In this document: piece by piece, positions 56,501 to 63,982 of the stretch
Layout of the letters: every line of letters begins with the position of its first letter
How positions within the stretch are numbered: position 1 is the stretch's first letter
Assembly: GCA_964016885.1 (NCBI GenBank)
Contig: OZ024741.1
Location: 338,830,001 to 338,894,000, forward strand
DNA length: 64,000 bases
Reading direction: 5' to 3'
Origin: Eledone cirrhosa
Taxonomy: Eukaryota
Notes under the pieces: model-generated
Told to the model about the DNA's origin: nothing
What the model saw: the letters and a program-made list of their open reading frames with translations, nothing else
Databases searched by the model: none
Translations under genes and position numbers: made by a program

Positions 56501-59500
56501 TCTACTGGTTAAAGTGTTGGAGTGACCATCATATCTGTAAAGGTGTGTGGTCTACTGGTTAGAGTGTTGGACAGATTGTCATATCTGTGAAGGTGTGTGG
56601 TCTAGTGGTTAGAGTGTTAGACAGACTGTCATATCTGTGGAGGTGTGTGGTCTAGTGGTTAGAGTGTTAGACAGACTGTCATATCCGTGAAGGTGTGTGG
56701 TCTACTGGTTAGAGTGTTAGACTGACTGTCATACCTGTGAAGGTGTGTGGTCTACTGGTTAGAGTGTTAGACAGACTGTCATATTTGTGAAGGTGTGTGG
56801 TCTACTGGTTAGAGTGTTAGACAGACTGTCATATCTGTGAAGGTGTGTGGTCTACTGGTTAGAGTGTTAGACAGACTGTCATATCTGTGAAGGTGTGTGG
56901 TCTACTGGTTAGAGTGTTAGACAGACTGTCATATCTGTGAAGGTGTGTGGTCTACTGGTTAGAGTATTGGGCAGACTGTCATATCTGTGAAGGTGTGTGG
57001 TCTACTGGTTAGAGTGTTGGACTGGCCATCATATCTGTGAAGTGTGTGGTCCACTGGTTAAAGTGTTGGAGTGACCATCATATCTGTAAAGGTGTGTGGT
57101 CTACTGGTTAGAGTGTTAGACAGACTGTCATATCTGTGAAGGTGTGTGGTCTACTGGTTAGAGTGTTGGACAGACTGTCATACCTGTGAAGGTGTGTGAT
57201 CTACTGGTTAGAGTGTTAGACAGACTGTCATATCTGTGAAGGTGTGTGGTCTACTGGTTAGAGTGTTAGACAAACTGTCATATCTGTGAAGGTGTGTGGT
57301 CTACTGGTTAGAGTGTTAGACAGACTGTCATATCTGTGAAGGTGTGTGGTCTACTGGTTAGAATGTTGGACAGGCTGTCATACCTGTGAAGGTGTGTGGT
57401 CTACTGGTTAGAGTGTTAGACAGACTGTCATATCTGTGAAGGTGTGTTGTCTACTGTTTAGAGTGTTGGACAGACTGTCATATCTGTGAAGGTGTGTGGT
57501 CTACTGGTTAGAGTGTTAGACAGACTGTCATATCTGTGAAGGTGTGTGGTCTACTGTTTAGAGTGTTAGACAGACTGTCATATCTGTGAAGGTGTGTGGT
57601 CTACTGGTTAGAGTATTGGACAGACTGTCATATCTGTGAAGGTGTGTGGTCTACTGGTTAGAGTGTTGGACTGACCATCATATCTGTGAAGGTGTGTGGT
57701 CTACTGGTTAAAGTGTTGGAGTGACCATCATATCTGTAAAGGTGTGTGGTCTACTGGTTAGAGTGTTGGACAGATTGTCATATCTGTGAAGGTGTGTGGT
57801 CTAGTGGTTAGAGTGTTAGACAGACTGTCATATCTGTGAAGGTGTGTGGTCTACTGGTTAGAGTGTTGGACAGACTGTCATACCTGTGAAGGTGTGTGGT
57901 CTACTGATTAGAGTGTTAGACAGACTGTCATATCTGTGAAGGTGTGTGGTCTACTGGTTAGAGTGTTAGACAGACTGTCATATCTGTGAAGGTGTGTGGT
58001 CTACTGGTTAGAGTGTTGGACAGACTGTCATATCTGTGAAGGTGTGTGGTCTACTGGTTAGAGTGTTAGACAAACTGTCATATCTGTGAAGGTGTGTGGT
58101 CTACTGGTTAGAGTGTTAGACAGACTGTCATATCTGTGAAGGTGTGTGGTCTACTGGTTAGAATGTTGGACAGACTGTCATACCTGTGAAGGTGTGTGGT
58201 CTACTGGTTAGAGTGTTAGACAGACTGTCATATATCTGTGAAGGTGTGTGGTCTACTGTTTAGAGTGTCGGACAGACTGTCATATCTGTGAAGGTGTGTG
58301 GTCTACTGGTTAGAGTGTTAGACAAACTGTCATATCTGTGAAGGTGTGTGGTCTACTGGTTAGAGTGTTAGACAGACTGTCATATCTGTGAAGGTGTGTG
58401 GTCTACTGGTTAGAGTGTTAGACAGACTGTCATATCTGTGAAGGTGTGTGGTCTACTGGTTAGAGTGTTGGACAGACTGTCATACCTGTGAAGGTGTGAG
58501 GTCTAGTGGTTAGAGTGTTAGACAGACTGTCATATCTGTGAAGGTGTGTGGTCTACTGGTTAGAGTGTTAGACAGACTGTCATATCTGTGAAGGTGTGTG
58601 GTCTACTGGTTAGAGTGTTAGACAGACTGTCATATCTGTGAAGGCGTGTGGTCTACTGGTTAGAGTATTGGACAGACTGTCATATCTGTGAAGGTGTGTG
58701 GTCTACTGGTTAGAGTGTTGGACTGACCATCATATCTGTGAAGGTGTGTGGTCTACTGGTTAAAGTGTTGGAGTGACCATCATATCTGTAAAGTTGTGTG
58801 GTCTACTGGTTAGAGTGTTGGACAGATTGTCATATCTGTGAAGGTGTGTGGTCTAGTGGTTAGAGTGTTAGACAGACTGTCATATTTGTGAAGGTGTGTG
58901 GTCTACTGGTTAGAGTGTTGGACAGACTGTCATACCTGTGAAGGTGTGTGGTCTACTGGTTAGAGTGTTAGACAGACTGTCATATCTGTGAAGGTGTGTG
59001 GTCTACTGGTTAGAGTGTTAGACAGACTGTCATATCTGTGAAGGTGTGTGGTCTACTGGTTAGAGTGTTGGACAGACTGTCATATCTGTGAAGGTGTGTG
59101 GTCTACTGGTTAGAGTGTTAGACAAACTGTCATATCTGTGAAGGTGTGTGGTCTACTGGTTAGAGTGTTAGACAGACTGTCATATCTGTGAAGGTGTGTG
59201 GTCTACTGGTTAGAGTATTGGACAGACTGTCATATCTGTGAAGGTGTGTGGTCTACTGGTTAGAGTGTTGGACTGACCATCATATCTGTGAAGGTGTGTG
59301 GTCTACTGGTTAAAGTGTTGGAGTGACCATCATATCTGTAAAGGTGTGTGGTCTACTGGTTAGAGTGTTGGACAGACTGTCATATCTGTGAAGGTGTGTG
59401 GTCTAGTGGTTAGAGTGTTAGACAGACTGTCATATCTGTGAAGGTGTGTGGTCTACTGGTTAGAGTGTTGGACAGACTGTCATACCTGTGAAGGTGTGTG

Positions 59501-61000
59501 GTCTACTGGTTAGAGTGTTAGACAGACTGTCATATCTGTGAAGGTGTGTGGTCTACTGGTTAGAGTGTTAGACAGACTGTCATATCTGTGAAGGTGTGTG
59601 GTCTATTGGTTAGAGTGTTGGACAGACTGTCATATCTGTGAAGGTGTGTGGTCTACTGGTTAGTGTGTTAGACAAACTGTCATATCTGTGAAGGTGTGTG
59701 GTCTACTGGTTAGAGTGTTAGACAGACTGTCATATCTGTGAAGGTGTGTGGTCTACTGGTTAGAATGTTGGACAGACTGTCATACCTGTGAAGGTGTGTG
59801 GTCTACTGGTTAGAATGTTAGACAGACTGTCATATCTGTGAAGGTGTGTGGTCTACTGTTTAGAGTGTTGGACAGACTGTCATATCTGTGAAGGTGTGTG
59901 GTCTACTGGTTAGAGTGTTAGACAAACTGTCATATCTGTGAAGGTGTGTGGTCTACTGGTTAGAGTGTTAGACAGACTGTCATATCTGTGAAGGTGTGAG
60001 GTCTAGTGGTTAGAGTGTTAGACAGACTGTCATATCTGTGAAGGTGTGTGGTCTACTAGTTAGAGTGTTAGACAGACTGTCATATCTGTGAAGGTGTGTG
60101 GTCTACTGATTAGAGTGTTAGACAGACTGTCATATCTGTGAAGGTGTGTGGTCTACTGCTTAGAGTGTTGGATAGACTGTCATATCTGTGAAGGTGTGTG
60201 GTCCACTGGTTAGAGTGTTGGCAGACTGTCATATCTGTGGAGGTGTGTGGTCTAGTGGTTAGAGTGTAGACAGACTGTCATATCTGTGAAGGTGTGTGGT
60301 CTACTGGTTAGAGTGTTAGACTGACTGTCATACCTGTGAAGGTGTGTGGTCTACTGGTTAGAGTGTTAGACAGACTGTCATATCTGTGAAGGTGTGTGGT
60401 CTACTGGCTAGAGTGTTAGACAGACTGTCATATCTGTGAAGGTGTGTGGTCTACTGGTTAGAGTGTTAGACAGACTGTCATATCTGTGAAGGTGTGTGGT
60501 CTACTGGTTAGAGTGTTAGACAGACTGTCATATCTGTGAAGGTGTGTGGTCTACTGGTTAGAGTGTTAGACAGACTGTCATATCTGTGAAGGTGTGTGGT
60601 CTACTGGTTAGAGTATTGGACAGACTGTCATATCTGTGAAGGTGTGTGGTCTACTGGTTAGAGTGTTGGACTGACCATCATATCTGTGAAGGTGTGTGGT
60701 CTACTGGTTAAAGTGTTGGAGTGACCATCATATCTGTAAAGGTGTGTGGTCTACTGGTTAGAGTGTTGGACAGACTGTCATATCTGTGAAGGTGTGTGGT
60801 CTACTGGTTAGAGTGTTGGACAGACTGTCATATCTGTGAAGGTGTGTGGTCTACTGGTTAGAGTATTGGACAGACTGTCATATCTGTGAAGGTGTGTGGT
60901 CTACTGGTTAGAGTGTTGGACTGACCATCATATCTGTGAAGGTGTGTGGTCTACTGGTTGAAGTGTTGGAGTGACCATCATATCTGTAAAGGTGTGTGGC
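38600..61000 (+). repeat. Domain with an irregular ~28-31-monomer (~1.4-1.55 kb) higher-order repeat
   Basis: The landmark pair GGACTGACCATC / AAAGTGTTGGAGTGACCATCATATCTGTAAAGG recurs about 22 times. Full-length spacings include 38671-40121, 42421-43821, 51621-53121, 54921-56471 and 59271-60670, with a conserved order of variant monomers between landmarks. Confidence 0.8.
43990..46390 (+). repeat. Tandem duplication of 1200 bp (24 monomers)
   Basis: AGAGACTGTC 44171/45371, ATATCTGGG 44431/45631 and landmark 45071/46271 all lie at offset 1200. Confidence 0.85.
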
Positions 61001-61100
61001 CTAGTGGTTAGAGTGTTGGACTGAGTGTCATAATACTATGGGTTATTGTCCTAGATCTGACAGCACAGTTTTTGAGCAAGATTTCTCATTTCACATTGCT
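60989..61100 (+). mobile_element. Degenerate tRNA-derived SINE, 5' portion; overlaps the last satellite monomer
   Basis: A-box TGGCCTAGTGG (60997-61007), tRNA-like D/anticodon region, and degenerate B-box GGTTATTGTCC (61041-61051) at tRNA-like spacing. These are followed by TTGAGCAAGATTTCTCATTTCACATTGCT, which resembles the CTTGRGCAAG..CACTT motif of CORE-type SINE bodies. Confidence 0.75.
60997..61007 (+). promoter_or_regulatory. RNA polymerase III type-2 promoter A-box
   Basis: TGGCCTAGTGG matches TRGCNNARYGG exactly. The matching B-box is degenerate, so activity is doubtful. Confidence 0.65.
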
Positions 61101-61147
61101 TTTCATGATAGGACTGTAAGAGGCCAGCTAAATCCAAAAAAATATCT

Positions 61148-61281
61148 ATATTACATAATATCATATCATATTATTTTATATTATATTATATTATATCATA
61201 TTATATTATATTATGTTATATTATATTATATTATTATATAATATAATATAATATAATATAATATAATATAATATTATATTA
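61148..61281. repeat. AT-rich pentanucleotide microsatellite, (ATATT)n switching to (AATAT)n
   Basis: Direct reading; the orientation switches at ~61236. Confidence 0.9.
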
Positions 61282-61328
61282 CATTTTAATCATGTTTGTG
61301 TAGAAAATAACAATGCCAAGAGGTTACA

Positions 61329-61422
61329 CAGCAGCAACAGCAACTGTAGAAGAGTACCAAGAACAGCAGCATCAGTAGCAGCAGCAGAAGCAGCAACAGC
61401 AGCAGCAGCAGCAGCAGCAGCA
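61329..61422 (+). repeat. Imperfect (CAG)n microsatellite
   Basis: Pure (CAG)8 at 61397-61420, with interrupted CAG/CAA units upstream. Confidence 0.92.
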
Positions 61423-61551
61423 CATGTTGTGTATAGGCATGACAACAGTTCCATTAGAGCCTCACAACAACAAACACATTGGCTGGATCTCATAACAATT
61501 ACATAGAGGCGAATCTGAAGAAAGACTGTGTTGTGTGATATTTATGTGAAT

Positions 61552-61638
61552 AGAGTGAGAGTGAGAGAGAGGTAGAGAGAGAGGGACAGGTAAAGAGAGA
61601 GAGAGAAAAAGAAAGAGATACAGACAGAGAAAGAAGAG
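61552..61638 (+). repeat. (GA)n-rich purine tract
   Basis: Imperfect GAGAGA/GAAA repeats. Confidence 0.85.
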
Positions 61639-61689
61639 TTACTCTTTGTTACAGTCTAAGGTAAGAAACATTTTTTCATACTATATCTG

Positions 61690-61777
61690 CATTCATACAT
61701 ATATGCGCAGCTTTTCACATGCACACATACACGCACATGTGCACACACATATGCACAAACACACATATATATATATA
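61690..61777 (+). repeat. Imperfect (CA)n/(TA)n low-complexity tract
   Basis: CACACATACACGCACATGTGCACACACATATG... followed by (TA)n. Confidence 0.8.
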
Positions 61778-61954
61778 ATGACTATGGTTTTGCACCTAGA
61801 AAGTTGCCTTCCCAGGCACAAGAAATGTGTGTTTGTGGAAGACCAGCAGTCACCCATGCATACCAGCCTCCCCTCTCCACACCCCAATGCTGTCCAAGGG
61901 AAAGGCAATGGCCGATAGAGCTTGGCACCAGTGACGTCGCAACACATTTCTACA
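61778..61954 (-). mobile_element. SINE 3' body fragment (probable cephalopod tRNA-SINE family)
   Basis: GC-richer island in AT-rich DNA. The reverse strand reads TGTAGAAATGTGTTGCGACGTCACTGGTGCCAAGCTCTATCGGCC...GGAGAGGGGAGGCTGGTATGCATGGG...TTTCTAGGTGCAAAACCATAGTCAT. Recognised from memory as an octopus interspersed repeat; not database-verified. Confidence 0.55.
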
Positions 61955-61994
61955 ATAATTTAAGAACTCTTATCTTTCATCAGAATTTGTTAAA

Positions 61995-62004
61995 TATGTA
62001 TATA

Positions 62005-62069
<65 letters not shown>
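61995..62069. repeat. (TA)n microsatellite
   Basis: Direct reading. Confidence 0.95.
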
Positions 62070-62158
62070 TCAGTTATGTATTTGTTTTCTAAGATTGGCA
62101 ACATAACTCTCCCAAAGTATATATATATATTTACACTCACACACTTTGTAAAGTAGTA

Positions 62159-62380
62159 GTGCTGTTGGTATGATAAAATACACTTCATATATACTGTAAA
62201 GTGGTTGTGCTGGTGCCACAACAAAATGCATCCAGTACACTCTACAAAGTGGTTGACATTAGAAAGAGCACCAAGCTGTAGAAATTATGTCAAAAATGGC
62301 AAGATGTGATTTTTTTTGTTCCATCTAGTCCCAGACTAGCTGGACCAAGTCTTACCCATGCCAGCATGGAGAGCGATGAA
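62159..62380 (+). mobile_element. Degenerate SINE/RTE-related 3' fragment with an internal 48-bp tandem duplication
   Basis: Two diverged 48-bp units, GTGCT...AAAGTGGTT (62159-62206 and 62207-62254). Then GACATTAGAAAGAGCACCAAGCTGTAGAAA, resembling the GGCGTTAGGAAGGGCATCCAGC motif of RTE-mobilised SINEs, and CCCATGCCAGCATGGA. Recognition from memory. Confidence 0.5.
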
Positions 62381-62467
62381 AATCCTGAAAAAAGGTGAAA
62401 CCAAAAATTATTTGCTTTAACATTTAGTCTGGTCAAATAATAAATATTTGCTCTGCAGTTATATTAT

Positions 62468-62470
<3 letters not shown>

Positions 62471-62515
<45 letters not shown>

Positions 62516-62521
62516 AGTCAT

Positions 62522-62556
<35 letters not shown>

Positions 62557-62571
62557 ACACACATAAGTCAT

Positions 62572-62628
<57 letters not shown>
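62471..62628. repeat. Compound (TA)n microsatellite containing a duplicated 24-bp unique spacer
   Basis: ACACACATAAGTCATATACATGTA at 62507-62530 and 62557-62580, embedded in (TA)n. Confidence 0.93.
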
Positions 62629-62629
<1 letters not shown>

Positions 62630-62702
62630 TATACACATAAATATTTTGATTGATAATATAACTTTTATGGATTTTGTTCTTTCATCTCTGTTAATATAAT
62701 AA

Positions 62703-62829
62703 TAATAGTTTCTGAAGTAGGCACACGGCCAGGGAGGGAAAAGTCATACTTTATTTTATCGACCCCGTAAGGATGAAAGGCAAGGTTAACCTTGGCAGAT
62801 TTGAACTCAGAACATTAAGGATCATAACT
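62703..62829 (-). mobile_element. tRNA-derived SINE fragment (same family as 63245-63406 and 63679-63819)
   Basis: Shares TACTTTATTTTATCGACCCCGTAAGGATGAAAGGCAA...ATTTGAACTCAGA with the other two copies. B-box GAGTTCAAATC on the minus strand. Confidence 0.8.
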
Positions 62830-62870
62830 GGATTATTATAATTATCATTATATGTATATATATATATATT

Positions 62871-63030
62871 GGAAAAGTAAATAACAACAAGAAGGAGTAC
62901 AGTTACGAAAGGTGTTAGGTATTAGGTTCACGCTTGAGATTGGGGGGTGGGGGACGACGTTTCGGGCATAAGCCCTTCATCAGGAGAATGGCGGGAAGGA
63001 GAGGAGTTCCGAGAGGGTGTAAGGGGGAAT
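62871..63030 (-). mobile_element. Probable Penelope-like element terminal fragment
   Basis: Purine-rich island flanked by (TA)n. It contains the hammerhead core CTGATGA-A-GGGC-TTAT-GCCC-GAAACGTC on the minus strand, a motif type known from Penelope-like element termini. Confidence 0.5.
62953..62983 (-). ncRNA. Minimal hammerhead ribozyme-like motif (core and stem II intact, helix I not evident)
   Basis: Minus strand CUGAUGA A GGGC UUAU GCCC GAAA CGUC. Both conserved boxes, a 4-bp stem II and a GUC triplet are present. Confidence 0.55.
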
Positions 63031-63074
63031 ATGTATATATATATTTATATATATGCGTGGAAAATGTATGTTAG

Positions 63075-63084
63075 ATGATGATGA

Positions 63085-63132
<48 letters not shown>
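63075..63132. repeat. (GAT)n followed by (TA)n microsatellite
   Basis: Direct reading. Confidence 0.92.
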
Positions 63133-63139
<7 letters not shown>

Positions 63140-63190
63140 AGTACCAGTAATGCACTGGGTAATTGCTGGCCTTGTGCCTAAAGTAGAAAC

Positions 63191-63250
<60 letters not shown>

Positions 63251-63308
63251 GTTTCTACTTAAGGCACAAGGCCAGTAATTACCCAGTGCATTACTGGTAC
63301 TTTTATTT
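63133..63308. repeat. Near-perfect ~176-bp palindrome: SINE 3' tail - (TA)n - inverted SINE 3' tail
   Basis: 63133-63194 is the reverse complement of 63247-63308 with about 2 mismatches. The (TA)n centre is itself self-complementary. Confidence 0.92.
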
Positions 63309-63406
63309 TATCGACCCCGTAAGGATGAAAGGCAAAGTCAACCTCGGCGGGATTTGAACTCAGATCGTAAAGGGACGTAACTATGCTGGAAAGCATGGCG
63401 TCCGAC
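63245..63406 (-). mobile_element. 5'-truncated tRNA-derived SINE
   Basis: Minus-strand B-box GAGTTCAAATCC (63350-63361), body GACTTTGCCTTTCATCCTTACGGGGTCGATAAAATAAAAGTACC and tail GGCCTTGTGCC..AGTAGAAACAATTAT. Multiple copies occur in the window. Confidence 0.82.
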
Positions 63407-63407
63407 T

Positions 63408-63669
63408 ATAATAGTAATATATAAGGGAACAAAGAATCAGTGTTGCATCATTTACATATTTATTACATATTACATATGTTTCACTGTCGATCAGCTTGAG
63501 GAATGATCGATTTATGATCGAACCTGACTCTGGAATCGGATACGAGAGTCAGGTTCGATCATTAATTGATCGTTCCTTGAGCTGATCGACAGTGAAACAT
63601 ATGTAATATGTAATTAAATATGTATATGATGCAACACTGATTCTTTGTTCCCTTATATATTACTATTAT
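63408..63669. repeat. ~262-bp inverted repeat with almost no spacer (fold-back; possible Penelope-like termini or MITE)
   Basis: Arms 63408-63531 and 63545-63669 are reverse complements with few mismatches. Centre ~63538. Confidence 0.93.
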
Positions 63670-63678
63670 TGATACTCT

Positions 63679-63819
63679 GCATAGTTACGGCCCTTGCCAT
63701 TCTGAGTTCAAATCCCACCGAGGTTAACTTTGCCTTTCATCCTTACGGGGTCGATAAAATAAAGTACCAATAATGCTCTGGGCAATTGCTGGCCTTGTGC
63801 CAAAAGTAGAAACAATTAT
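63679..63819 (+). mobile_element. 5'-truncated tRNA-derived SINE (inverted partner of 63245-63386)
   Basis: B-box GAGTTCAAATCC at 63704-63715. About 90% identical by manual count to the minus-strand copy. Confidence 0.82.
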
Positions 63820-63937
63820 CGTTACTCTGCTCCCCAAGAGCATCGTGTGCTCATTCATCATACCACTTATAGACGCAATTAATTTGCACCTTTAATACCT
63901 ATATATATATATAGTTTCACAACAAATTAGCACACCA

Positions 63938-63982
63938 TACTTAAGGATGCATGTTTCACCCAACGGATTCTCAGCTTGAGTA
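63938..63982 (-). ncRNA. Degenerate type I minimal hammerhead ribozyme-like motif
   Basis: Minus strand UACUCAAG CUGAGA AUCC GUU GGGU GAAA CAUGCA UC CUUAAGUA. Helix I is 7/8 paired and stem II is 4 bp. The core lacks N7 and stem III has a mismatch. Confidence 0.45.

Larger units (their letters stand above)
1..61032 (+). repeat. 50-bp tandem satellite array (~1,220 monomers), truncated by the left window edge
   Basis: Continuous head-to-tail repetition of AGACTGTCATATCTGTGAAGGTGTGTGGTCTACTGGTTAGAGTGTTAGAC with scattered substitutions and rare 1-2 bp indels. No inversions or foreign insertions seen. The consensus is 44% GC, G+T-rich on the + strand (33/50) and has no CpG. Periodicity stops after ...CTGAGTGTCATA at ~61032. 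Confidence 0.99.

Noticed and set aside
1-61032. CRISPR array or other repeat-spacer system
   Set aside because: There are no unique spacers: the whole 50-bp unit is repeated with only point variants. No cas-like ORFs, and the context is eukaryotic repeat DNA.
1-61032. Repetitive protein-coding gene
   Set aside because: The unit length is not a multiple of 3, so frames rotate through the TGA/TAG stops in each monomer. The ORF track shows no long ORF on either strand.
60989-61065. Functional tRNA gene
   Set aside because: The T-loop/B-box is degenerate (GGTTATTGTCC), acceptor and anticodon stems do not pair convincingly, and the sequence continues into a SINE-like body.
61329-61422. Polyglutamine/polyalanine coding exon
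   Set aside because: Embedded among other microsatellites, with no convincing splice context or flanking coding sequence.
61038-62224. Six short ORFs (poly-A, YI- and HT-rich peptides)
   Set aside because: They are translations of microsatellites and SINE fragments, overlapping on both strands with no recognisable domains.
63408-63669. miRNA precursor or transcription terminator
   Set aside because: The stem is far too long and is embedded in repeats, so a transposon-derived fold-back is more likely. No expression evidence available.
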